Source: a virus. Taken from it: a stretch of 64,000 nucleotides of DNA. The notes beneath the pieces were generated by a model. That model was not told where the DNA came from. It ran no database searches and worked only from the letters and a program-made list of their open reading frames with translations. Shown piece by piece: positions 44,553-53,877 of the stretch. The stretch spans positions 762-64,761 of the IMG/VR virus record IMGVR_UViG_3300023213_000167. The stretch is one strand, 5' to 3'. The number at the start of each line of letters is the position of its first letter. The first letter of the stretch is position 1. The position numbers and the translations under genes are program-made.

Positions 44553-44898
44553 CGCCTGGGTAGGTGGCGCGCAGGGGGACCATGGCTGGTCCTCCGGGAC
44601 CCTCCAAGTCAATCCGACGGATGGGACGGTCCTCGCCAGCATCAGCGGGCTTACGGGTGGCAAGTACATGTTCGCCACGTCCGGCTTTGGCACGGCGGGC
44701 TGGACATACGACATCCAGCTACAGGACGTCAACAATACCGTAGTCCAGACACAGCGCCGTAACCCGGGCACCGGGACAGACGACTTCTTGTTCCCCAACA
44801 AGGTCAGTTGCCTGGCCGATTATCAGCTCAAGCTGATTCTGCGGGGGGGCATAACGGGTACCGTGCAAATGTCTATCTTCTTCCAGGAGGTGGGATGA
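44533..44898 (+). CDS. Hypothetical virion-like protein
   Basis: 121 aa, G/T-rich and beta-like. Confidence 0.5.
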   Translation: MAIGGLNAWVGGAQGDHGWSSGTLQVNPTDGTVLASISGLTGGKYMFATSGFGTAGWTYDIQLQDVNNTVVQTQRRNPGTGTDDFLFPNKVSCLADYQLKLILRGGITGTVQMSIFFQEVG

Positions 44899-45083
44899 AG
44901 CGCCTTTGGGCCTATATAAAGGACTGGCTGGACCTACAGCATCCGGTCATATGGCCAGAGAACATATGGACCGCTCCCGCGGTTCTGCCCCTAGTGTCGC
45001 TAGACTGCGGCCATACCCATTGGTCCTACGCCATCAGTCATACAGGTAAAACCCAGTGTAGAGACTGTTACGAGAAGCGGTAA

Positions 45084-45782
45084 GTGCCGTCCCACGTCCA
45101 GACGCAGTTCACCACCGCATCGTCTGTTACATCGGTCTCACTCGTTATGACGGCGACAGCTGGGAATGCGGTAATCGCTAGCTTGCTCCTCTATTTTACC
45201 AACGGGGGTGTGACCAATACCGGGGGTTCTCTAACTCAGACCTTCACGGCGGAACCCGCCGGCGGCCTCATTTTTTACCAATTCGCCAACTATAACGTTG
45301 GCGCCGGGTCTATCACATACTCATTTTCTTGGACAAGCTCGAACTCCGTAAGTCTGTTTCTCACGGAGGTCAGCGGTCTTAAGACAAGTGCGGCTTTCGA
45401 CACGAACTCGGCGGGAGGAACCGTCAGTGCGGGGACAAGCGTTGTATGCGGTTCAGCGACACCGGCGGCAGCGAATGACTTCTCTATTGCCCTACTGCAC
45501 TTGGATGGCAGTGTACCAAACAACAGTTCTGAGACCATTGATAACAGCTTCACCGTCCCGACGAACGGGGACCAGAACCTTTCTGGTAACACCCTCAGAT
45601 GCGCACTCGCCTTCAAGGTAATATCGGCTGCTGTCAATCCGACGTGGAGCTGGACAGGTAGCGCGGATGCGGCGGCTATCCAAGGATTGTACCTGGCGTC
45701 AGCCGCCGTAGCATTTACGCCCGACGAGGACTTCTTCATCCCGCAGGTTTTCGTGCCGGAGACCCACGTAAGTGTCTGGTGA
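45084..45782 (+). CDS. Hypothetical virion/decoration protein
   Basis: 232 aa, S/T/A-rich beta-sandwich-like sequence. Confidence 0.55.
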   Translation: MPSHVQTQFTTASSVTSVSLVMTATAGNAVIASLLLYFTNGGVTNTGGSLTQTFTAEPAGGLIFYQFANYNVGAGSITYSFSWTSSNSVSLFLTEVSGLKTSAAFDTNSAGGTVSAGTSVVCGSATPAAANDFSIALLHLDGSVPNNSSETIDNSFTVPTNGDQNLSGNTLRCALAFKVISAAVNPTWSWTGSADAAAIQGLYLASAAVAFTPDEDFFIPQVFVPETHVSVW

Positions 45783-46011
45783 AATCCTTCCTGACACACG
45801 CGGGCATACGGGCGCCAAGAGACACTGGTTCCTTGGCAACACCGTCCCCACCTTCTGTGCTAACTGTCAGGCGCAGGGGCCGTACGTGGCCGAGGAGAAT
45901 TGCACCTTCGCCTTTTGGCTGTGCAATAACTGTTTCGAGAAGTGGGGCCCCATCGCCGCGACCATGATTTTGCCAGACGAAGCATTGGCGATCGACAAAG
46001 GAGACGCATAG

Positions 46012-46512
46012 ATGCCATTCGTTTACACCGATATCCCCGCGGCTGCGGAGTCAACTACAGCGGCGGGCGTAATGTACACCACCAATGCTGCGGGTGGCAC
46101 ACTTACTGACCATGCGCGGTTTCTCACTGCCGCGGGCCGTCAGGCTATTATCCGGGCATGCTATTTGACGGGCCGGGCCAACGCCGCGACTACTATCACG
46201 GGTATCTCAGTGCGCATCATTCGTCTCGCTACCGCCTCAACGGCGGGCACGGTTGGATCCAGTCGTCCGCGGGACCCTGGCGCACCGGCTGCTACCGTGA
46301 CCTTCAACACGGCGCCCACGATTGGTACCACGGCGACGCTACAGCAAGCGTTTGGTTGCGGCAAGGCGGGTCCGGGGGGATGGGTAGCACAGGACCCGGA
46401 TTCAGGAATCCTGCTTGCGCCCGGCGGCGGAGCCAATGGTAACGCCGACGTAGTCAGTGGCGCGCAGGAAGCTTCGCTGAACTTCGACGCCACGCTAGAG
46501 CATATTGAGTAA
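46012..46512 (+). CDS. Hypothetical virion protein
   Basis: 166 aa, A/T/G-rich; AAGGAG RBS. Confidence 0.6.
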   Translation: MPFVYTDIPAAAESTTAAGVMYTTNAAGGTLTDHARFLTAAGRQAIIRACYLTGRANAATTITGISVRIIRLATASTAGTVGSSRPRDPGAPAATVTFNTAPTIGTTATLQQAFGCGKAGPGGWVAQDPDSGILLAPGGGANGNADVVSGAQEASLNFDATLEHIE

Positions 46513-46515
46513 TTC

Positions 46516-46863
46516 GTGATTCTGTACTGGTGGGTTGGCGATGAAGAGGTCGTCAAACCTGTTAACCTTGATGAGGAAATCCCCCTCTCCTGGCTCCCCA
46601 CGCCGGTACAATACACCGTTCCGTTTCCCCCCGTTTTTTGGCACCAGGATGACGTTGTACGTCTCGTCAGCCTCGACGAGGAAATACCGCTTTCCTGGTT
46701 TCCCGCACCGGTACGTTACCTTGTACCAAACCCGCCCGTTTGGTGGCACGAAGATGAGGTCCAGCCGTTCATCCCCGTCAGTGGCACGAATCGCCGTAGC
46801 CCCGCCGCGCAGTGGATGCGCCGGCTGGAATTACTCGGTCTGAGAGGAAACTTCAACGCCTAA
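46516..46863 (+). CDS. Protein with a 35-aa tandem repeat
   Basis: LDEEIPLSW(L/F)P(T/A)PV(Q/R)Y...PPV(F/W)WH(Q/E)D, twice. Confidence 0.6.
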   Translation: MILYWWVGDEEVVKPVNLDEEIPLSWLPTPVQYTVPFPPVFWHQDDVVRLVSLDEEIPLSWFPAPVRYLVPNPPVWWHEDEVQPFIPVSGTNRRSPAAQWMRRLELLGLRGNFNA

Positions 46864-46900
46864 CGCCGCACCCGAACCTAGTATCCGCGCCTACGATACC

Positions 46901-48124
46901 ATGCGGGGGGACCGCGTGCTGGACCAGCCTTGGTTTGGCAGCAGTCGTCCCTACCAGGATCCCTTGGACTTCCTGATACGGGCCTATCACGCGGCTAGCA
47001 GCGTCCCCCCAGGCATGAAGGAAGGCGTCATGCAAGGCGATCCTAAGGTCATGGCTATGATGGAGGCAGCATCGCCTGGGCTGACGCGCTTCATACAACG
47101 TATTCCTGGCATATTCAATTTTTCTACATACAAGAATTCATTAGAGGCGGGGGCTACACAACTGCGCAAATTTGTGGACAGGGCTCCTCTTAACAGAAAT
47201 GTTGACATTAGGGTTAGCACCACCGGCCCAGGTAGGCTGAAGGGGCTTCCTCAGGACGTAGAGGACCTCATCACAATGGCGCATGAGGGATTACACGGCG
47301 CCTATTATCAGAAGCCCAATGCCACAGGATATCCTCCCGAGAAACATATTTCAGATATGTATAACCATTTTGTGGAAAGGTTTCCTCACCTGAAGGCTTT
47401 CGCGAAATGGAATGAGATGCATGGATTTCCGGAAGCACAGGCGCAAGCAGAAGCCATTGTTGAAGGCATGGCCCACAGCACCGTGAAGGGGACATTAGGT
47501 AGGTCCCCAGTTGCGGGGCCCTTTCCGTATGATACATCCTGGGATCCATCAATTATTGACCGGATGTCCGAGATGAAAATGCCACGCCCAGGTTCTCCGC
47601 TATTCCGCATGAATCCGCCAAACGACCCCTACGAGAACTTTAAGACGCTGGCCGGCGCCAAGCGCAGCGCGGAAGGCGGACATTTTAACCCGGCCACTGC
47701 TAAACAGGTGATGATGGATCCGCACTCAAGTGAGCCATACCCGGGCGTGGCGGGTAGTGACCGGACCCCAATAAGGACCTGGCAGGCTCCGGTCTCTGAT
47801 TTGCAGGCGCAGATCGTAACGGGGCGACAGCCCTTTAAATTCCCTGTAGAACTGGGGGGAGGTAGGCATCCTGATCATTGGGATCGGTACCAGGGACAAA
47901 TACTGGGCACTAATTTAGGTCCTCCCGATTATGCGAGTCCTATGTATAGTGCCATGTCACCAATGGCAGGTCCTAGTGTAAATTGGCCGTGGGCCACGGG
48001 CCGTGAAATCATCAAAGACTTCCTATGGGGCGCGAGCCCCTCGGGCGCGCTGCGACCACCCTCTGCCGGGAGATCCGGCATCCACGGTGTGATAGATTTT
48101 GGACCCTCTACCCCCCAGCCCTAA
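46901..48124 (+). CDS. Hypothetical protein with HExxH zincin-like motif
   Basis: LITMAHEGLHG followed by AEAIVE. Confidence 0.5.
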   Translation: MRGDRVLDQPWFGSSRPYQDPLDFLIRAYHAASSVPPGMKEGVMQGDPKVMAMMEAASPGLTRFIQRIPGIFNFSTYKNSLEAGATQLRKFVDRAPLNRNVDIRVSTTGPGRLKGLPQDVEDLITMAHEGLHGAYYQKPNATGYPPEKHISDMYNHFVERFPHLKAFAKWNEMHGFPEAQAQAEAIVEGMAHSTVKGTLGRSPVAGPFPYDTSWDPSIIDRMSEMKMPRPGSPLFRMNPPNDPYENFKTLAGAKRSAEGGHFNPATAKQVMMDPHSSEPYPGVAGSDRTPIRTWQAPVSDLQAQIVTGRQPFKFPVELGGGRHPDHWDRYQGQILGTNLGPPDYASPMYSAMSPMAGPSVNWPWATGREIIKDFLWGASPSGALRPPSAGRSGIHGVIDFGPSTPQP

Positions 48125-49706
48125 CGTACCGGACGTTCCCACCCAGGAACAGCTTGGCAGCCTCATGTCTGCCTTGAAATGGGTAGGCACGCCCCATCAG
48201 CTGCCTGAGTTTGCGGACCCGGGCCGCGGGGCCTTTTGGATGGGCACGCCTCCCGGCACACCTGGGAAGGAGCCGCATCCCGGCCTACTTGAGTTCAGCC
48301 CCCTTCTGGGCATGATGCCTGGTGCGTCCTCGGCAGGCGCGGCGGGGGAGGCAGCGCCCCGCATCCCACGCCGTGTGCAGCTCACGAATCTTGCCAACCA
48401 AGCCAAGGGGGGCGACGAATCCGCGTTTAACCAACTGTTTAACATGCTGAGCGGGACCGCGCAACGGTTGGCGACACGTTATACCGGCGGTGAGAAGTAT
48501 ACGGGGCGTATGTTAGCTCCCGAAGGGCGCACTGGGGAAATTGTCCCCGAGGTTAATCAGCCATCCGCTTATCACGATGCTCTCAGTGCCGCCAATGAAC
48601 GTATATGGTCAGCACTACAGTCCTTTGACCCCACCAAGGGTGCATTCGGGCCGCATTACTTCCACCAGGCCCGCCAAGGAGCGCGCCGGGCGGCGACTAC
48701 CGCCACAGACATCGCCCCAGTCAGTGAAGACGTCAAGGTGTTAATGCGCCGGATCGAGGCGTGGCAGGACAAGATGGAGGCAGGTACGGCATTGAAACAA
48801 GGGTATCCGTATCGGCCTTCGTTGGATCTCGCCTTTAAACACCTTAAAATTCATCCGGTAGACGCCCAAATGGTCCGGGATGCTTACGCATCTCCTGGTC
48901 ACACCGGCGCCGGCGTGATCCGTCTAGACCAGCCAATTGATACGCGTGGTAGTACATCTGCGCAAGCCCCATTGGAGGAAATAGTAAGCCGTGACGCGCC
49001 AGGTACTCACCGAACAGAAGCTGCAGAGTCGGCCGAAGCGCGCACTCCTGGTATGACAGCTGGGCCTGAACAGGAGCGCCGTCTCAGCAGCGCGCATTCC
49101 GCGCTTCGTCAGGCGCAGCGCGAGTTCCAACGCGACAACGAACGGGATTGGGACATATATAACCGCTGGTTCAACGGTGAAACCATGCGCCAAATTGGGG
49201 ACGTGCATGGTGTAGGCAAGTCGCAGATACAGCGTATCATAGAGAAGACCGAAGCTACCTTGGCCAAACGGGCCCGAGAGCTCGCGGGGGAGACCGATCC
49301 ACGCACGCCCCGCCAGCAGGCGGGCGCCTCCCGCCCACGTGCCGCCGCGCAGCAGCAGGCCTGGGAGACACCAGAGACCGGAGAGATCCCGCCCGGGTTG
49401 CCCCGCCTTAGCGGCGGCAGTGATAGACCTGAATCCTCTGGTAGCTTCCGTGGGCCCCTGTCCCCGGGACAGCGCCACGATTTAGAACAGGCTAATCGTG
49501 TTGGCTCGAAAATTGGAGGGGGTTCGCAGCCATACAATGCGGCGGAAATCGCCCCACAATTGCAACCACAACGATTTCCAGGCGCGGTGTTTTCTCGTGA
49601 TTTGAATATACGTTACCCCTACAACGAGAAAGTTGCTAAACCTTTTAACGACCCGCGAGGTTTTTGGCTGTTCCTGAAATCACTAATGGGGAATTATGGC
49701 ATTTGA
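48099..49706 (+). CDS. Sigma-70-family factor (regions 2, 3, 4) with long N- and C-terminal extensions
   Basis: AKGGDESAFNQL (2.1), IWSALQSFDPTKGAF (2.3), RPSLDLAFKHLKI...IRLDQPI (3) and GETMRQIGDVHGVGKSQIQRII (4.2 HTH). Confidence 0.8.
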   Translation: MDPLPPSPNVPDVPTQEQLGSLMSALKWVGTPHQLPEFADPGRGAFWMGTPPGTPGKEPHPGLLEFSPLLGMMPGASSAGAAGEAAPRIPRRVQLTNLANQAKGGDESAFNQLFNMLSGTAQRLATRYTGGEKYTGRMLAPEGRTGEIVPEVNQPSAYHDALSAANERIWSALQSFDPTKGAFGPHYFHQARQGARRAATTATDIAPVSEDVKVLMRRIEAWQDKMEAGTALKQGYPYRPSLDLAFKHLKIHPVDAQMVRDAYASPGHTGAGVIRLDQPIDTRGSTSAQAPLEEIVSRDAPGTHRTEAAESAEARTPGMTAGPEQERRLSSAHSALRQAQREFQRDNERDWDIYNRWFNGETMRQIGDVHGVGKSQIQRIIEKTEATLAKRARELAGETDPRTPRQQAGASRPRAAAQQQAWETPETGEIPPGLPRLSGGSDRPESSGSFRGPLSPGQRHDLEQANRVGSKIGGGSQPYNAAEIAPQLQPQRFPGAVFSRDLNIRYPYNEKVAKPFNDPRGFWLFLKSLMGNYGI

Positions 49707-49954
49707 AATACTGTTGGGATTCATGACAAGTGCATGGCTATTTACATTGGCTGGCGTGGCATATGGAGGATGGCGGTATGCTTACCTACCTTTTCGTGCC
49801 TTGCGTGCTGATATTACCACCCTTGCCAGAGAAGTGGACGCTTTGAAGAAGGAAGTGGGGCTGCGGAAGGTGGCCGATATGAGCGACGTGGAACAGGCGC
49901 GCCGGGAACGTGCGGCCCGCTGGAACTTCACGGCACCGCCCGTGGGGACTGACC

Positions 49955-50392
49955 GTGCCACGTAAGAAAGACCTCACCGTCGCGGGTATGTTCAGTGATG
50001 TCCCCAAAGTGATTCGTAAGAAGGGGCGCGTGGCAGGTTTCACACACCTCCGTGACCGCATCCTGGACAAATGGGAAATCCTCGCCGCCAAGGCGAATGC
50101 CTATAGCTTGCTAAAACTGGCTATTGAGGCGGACCGCCATGCTATGTTCGCGCAGGTGGCCGAGACTAAGGCGAAGGACAGTTACGATACCGAGCTGTAC
50201 CGAGGTTTGTCTGATTACCTAGCAGGGAAGGTGGACGCGGCTCCTGACGCGACCGGCAAGTACGCCGAAATCCGAAACACGGGCCCCCTGAACATACATC
50301 CCTCCGATGAGGCCCTTGAGGAGCTAAGCGCTCCAGAAGAGGAACATTCACAACATGGCGAACAAGTGCCGAGCGAACCAGTTGGCGCGTGA
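49955..50392 (+). CDS. Hypothetical protein, possible terminase small subunit
   Basis: Basic N-terminus, helical body and acidic tail, shortly upstream of terL; function inferred from position only. Confidence 0.35.
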   Translation: MPRKKDLTVAGMFSDVPKVIRKKGRVAGFTHLRDRILDKWEILAAKANAYSLLKLAIEADRHAMFAQVAETKAKDSYDTELYRGLSDYLAGKVDAAPDATGKYAEIRNTGPLNIHPSDEALEELSAPEEEHSQHGEQVPSEPVGA

Positions 50393-50561
50393 ACATGCCG
50401 GGGCTTTTGTCCCCGGGAAGTGCCAAGCAGGTTTTGACTTTCTGCTCAGTCCCGTAACTACCCACCTTCGCGAGAATGAGCCCGAGGGCAATGACCGCGG
50501 GAGTGAGGCCAATCCATTGCTGTTGCGTCGTACTGACACCAGTATTGATGACGACTAACGC

Positions 50562-50930
50562 ATGGCTATTACTACCCTCCCTCTTGCTGTACCATCTGGT
50601 TATAGTCAATACCAGGATACGAACGTAGGCGCCACTGTCAACACCATCAAGGCGACGGGCGCCACGTTATTCAGTATGGTGATTGACAATACCAGCAATA
50701 CGGCGATTACGTACGTGAAGTTCTTCTTTGTCGCGGCGGGTTCGGTGACGCTGGGTACGACGGGGCCGGACTGGATTGTGCCAATCCCCTCCAGTAAGAA
50801 GATTACGGTGCCCCTGCCCGACGGTCCTGCCTATCCCACGGCGCTGTCCTACGCGGCTGTGACTACCAATGGCACGGCGGGCACCACGGCGCCCACCAAC
50901 CCGGTGGTGCTGACGGTACTGTATACGTAA
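50562..50930 (+). CDS. Hypothetical virion-like protein
   Basis: 122 aa, T/V/A-rich beta sequence. Confidence 0.55.
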   Translation: MAITTLPLAVPSGYSQYQDTNVGATVNTIKATGATLFSMVIDNTSNTAITYVKFFFVAAGSVTLGTTGPDWIVPIPSSKKITVPLPDGPAYPTALSYAAVTTNGTAGTTAPTNPVVLTVLYT

Positions 50931-50932
50931 GT

Positions 50933-52618
50933 ATGACCCGCTCGGAGCGGTATCGGCGGTTCATGGAGCAACTCCGGATCCGTACGGAGGAGGGCACCAT
51001 CGCCCCGTTGAAGTTCACCGAGTCCCAGGAAATCCTTTGGGATGAGGTAGCCCCCGATCTTGATACCGGGGAGCGGCTGTGGTACATCGTCCTCAAGGGA
51101 CGTCAGGTCTACGCAACCACATTCTTTGAAGCATTGGGCTTTACCCGAACCCTCGAAAAGCCCAACACCAACAGCCTTGTCATTGCGCAAGACCTTGACA
51201 GCGCGGTTGAGATCTTTGACATGGTCAAGAGATTCTACGATTTCCTTGCCATGCCGAAGCTTGAGGCGGCCCGTGTACGCGAAGTTATCCTCCCCATCCC
51301 GGGAGGAAACAGCAACTTCAAGGTTGTGTCCGCGGGAACGGCCGCAAAGGGCCGGGGCACGACCAAATCTGTGCTGCACTGCAGCGAGGTGGCCTTCTGG
51401 GAACACCCCGAGGTGCTGCTAGGCCTCAGCCAAGCGTTGCCTGACCTACCGAACACAATGTGGGTCCTTGAGTCAACCGCCAACGGTATGATCGGCCACG
51501 GTGAGATGTTCTATAGACAGTGGAAGGACGCCCAAAGCGGCCTTAGCAAAATGAAACCTATATTCATCCCCTGGTACGTCATGAACAAGTACCGGGAGGA
51601 TCCGGGGGTGCCGGAGGAAGAATGGGACGAGGAAGAAAAGATGTTGATGGAGAGCTGCAACCATCTTGGCCTGGACGAGAGGAGTCTGAGATGGAGGCGG
51701 AACATTATCGTGACGAAGTGTCAAGGCTTCGTCGAGAAGTTCCATCAAGAGTACCCTTCAACCCCATCCGAGGCCTTCATCAGTACCGGCTTACCCGCTT
51801 TCGACCCACTAGCAATCCTGTACCAGGAGAAGTATCTTTGCCGTCCCCGCGTACGGGGGACCTTCGGCTCCCGGGGACAGTTCCTCCCACGTTCTGATGG
51901 AGAGGTATTCATATGGAAATCCCCGCAAGAGGGGCACGACTATGCGATTGGTGTGGACACCGCGGAGGGCTTGAAGGGCGGGGACTTTGCGTGTGCCCAG
52001 GTCATCGACATGAACGATCTGGAACAGGTAGCTTTGATACATGGCCTCATCCAGCCTTTCGAATTCAGCCGGATCCTGAATCACCTGGGGCGCCTATACA
52101 AGGGTGCCATGCTAAATATTGAGATCGCCAGCGCCGGTATCGCCGTGCAAGACTACATGCTGCGCGTGTGGAATTACCCCCGGTACCATCCGTGGCGCGG
52201 GAAGCCCGACCGGGCAGCGCCCACGCAAATGCGCCTATTTGGGTGGAGTACCAATGTCCACAGCCGGCCGCTACTTATCGAGAGTGGCAGGCGCGCCATA
52301 AACAACCGCCTCATCACGTTGCACGACCGTAGTACCGTCGACGAAATCACGCATTTCTCCCGCCAAGACGACGGGAAATACGCCGCTACTGCTGGCCACG
52401 ATGACCGCGTCATGGCCCTGCTTCTCGCGCTACGGAGCCGCGAGGAGAACTTCACGCCCATCAGCCGCCTCGTCATAAGTTCAGGGGCCGTCACGGACCT
52501 GGACGTACGCGGGGTGCGGACGGTGGACGTGTTGGAAGCCGAGCGCGTCGGCCTCCGCCGAGTCCATCAGGACATTAAGAAAAAGGCCCGAGAGGCCGTT
52601 AAACACTTTTGGATGTAG
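50933..52618 (+). CDS. terL: Terminase large subunit
   Basis: LKGRQVYATT (Walker A region), LHCSEVAFW (Walker B), LESTANG, IGVDTAEG and HDDRVMA. Confidence 0.95.
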   Translation: MTRSERYRRFMEQLRIRTEEGTIAPLKFTESQEILWDEVAPDLDTGERLWYIVLKGRQVYATTFFEALGFTRTLEKPNTNSLVIAQDLDSAVEIFDMVKRFYDFLAMPKLEAARVREVILPIPGGNSNFKVVSAGTAAKGRGTTKSVLHCSEVAFWEHPEVLLGLSQALPDLPNTMWVLESTANGMIGHGEMFYRQWKDAQSGLSKMKPIFIPWYVMNKYREDPGVPEEEWDEEEKMLMESCNHLGLDERSLRWRRNIIVTKCQGFVEKFHQEYPSTPSEAFISTGLPAFDPLAILYQEKYLCRPRVRGTFGSRGQFLPRSDGEVFIWKSPQEGHDYAIGVDTAEGLKGGDFACAQVIDMNDLEQVALIHGLIQPFEFSRILNHLGRLYKGAMLNIEIASAGIAVQDYMLRVWNYPRYHPWRGKPDRAAPTQMRLFGWSTNVHSRPLLIESGRRAINNRLITLHDRSTVDEITHFSRQDDGKYAATAGHDDRVMALLLALRSREENFTPISRLVISSGAVTDLDVRGVRTVDVLEAERVGLRRVHQDIKKKAREAVKHFWM

Positions 52619-52647
52619 TCAACGATACCTTGTAGTTAGGAGATAAT

Positions 52648-53193
52648 ATGCCAAAACCATATCCGGTCAGTGGACAAGTATTTGTCCCGGCCATTGCCGT
52701 GGCTCCGTCTGGCGTCAACGGGGGCGTCGTTATCGGCACTTACAGCAACGTTAACTTGACGCCCGCGGTTACGGGCAATGCGATTTTGGACAGCTATGTC
52801 CTACCTGCGTTCGCCCTGGATCGTCCAGGAACTGGACTGTATATCACTGCCTTTGCAACCACGGCGGCGAATGTCAATAGCAAGACGCTGGCCATCAACT
52901 TCGCCGGTACGGGTGCAGTAGGTGTCGCGCCTGTGAATGGAACCGTCATTGTCACACAGGCAACTACTGCCTCCGGTGCCTCATTGCTGGTCGAGGTGTG
53001 GGTCTTCAAGACGGCTGCCAGTGCGCAGACGTACGCAGGCTATGGTACCGCTGGCGCCGCGCTTGCCGCGCCCACTACGGGTACCCTCAGCGTAGCCGAC
53101 ACCGGCGGCATTCAGGTTAACCTGGTTATGAACAATGCTACGGCCGCTGGCGACAGCACCGTGCAGTTCTGGCAGATTCAGTACCTTGGCTAG
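52648..53193 (+). CDS. Hypothetical virion protein
   Basis: 181 aa, A/T/G/V-rich; AGGAG RBS. Confidence 0.6.
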   Translation: MPKPYPVSGQVFVPAIAVAPSGVNGGVVIGTYSNVNLTPAVTGNAILDSYVLPAFALDRPGTGLYITAFATTAANVNSKTLAINFAGTGAVGVAPVNGTVIVTQATTASGASLLVEVWVFKTAASAQTYAGYGTAGAALAAPTTGTLSVADTGGIQVNLVMNNATAAGDSTVQFWQIQYLG

Positions 53194-53877
53194 ACGGTAT
53201 TACGAGCCCCGGTGTGTCTCCGCTGATCCCGACGGAAATCCCTGCGGCGCCCGCCTGGACGCCGTTGGGGAGCGGGATCCCTCCTTCGGACCTAACTACC
53301 GCCCTGGCATGTGGGTCTTCAGGTGCCGGCGTTGCGGCGCGGTCCGCGCCATTGAGAAGGAATTGCTGGGGCGGTACCTGGAGCGTGTATGAGCGAAGAA
53401 ACCTATGTGAGACCCGGAGTCTCGGGAGCAAAAGTTAATGCCAACGCCGAAAATTGGACGTGCGCGTATCCCGGCTGCACCACAGGCGGAAGCCTCCAGC
53501 AACGAGTCGGCCCCGTCTACTACCGCCATCCCTGCTATGGACACGGGCGAGACTACACTCCGGGAAAGGTCGTGGGGATCTATTATATTTGCGGAGCCCA
53601 CTACAAACAGTTCTTCACTGAGCATGGACTTGGCGGAGACCCCGAGTGGCTACGTAGGGCACAGCTCTCGGACGATTACGCCAGAACAGCTACAGTCACT
53701 CCCGCCGAAGGTGCAAAAGGTTTTAGCGACGCTCTCAAGCGGAAGGGGTGACACCCCCTCGCAGGTCATCGACACCATTTGTGTATGGATGGTGGAGAAT
53801 GACATGCCTGCCCAGTACCTGCCGCTTACGGAGGCCCTGGTGTTCTACGTTGATAACTACTTCCTGGACGTCTAAAC

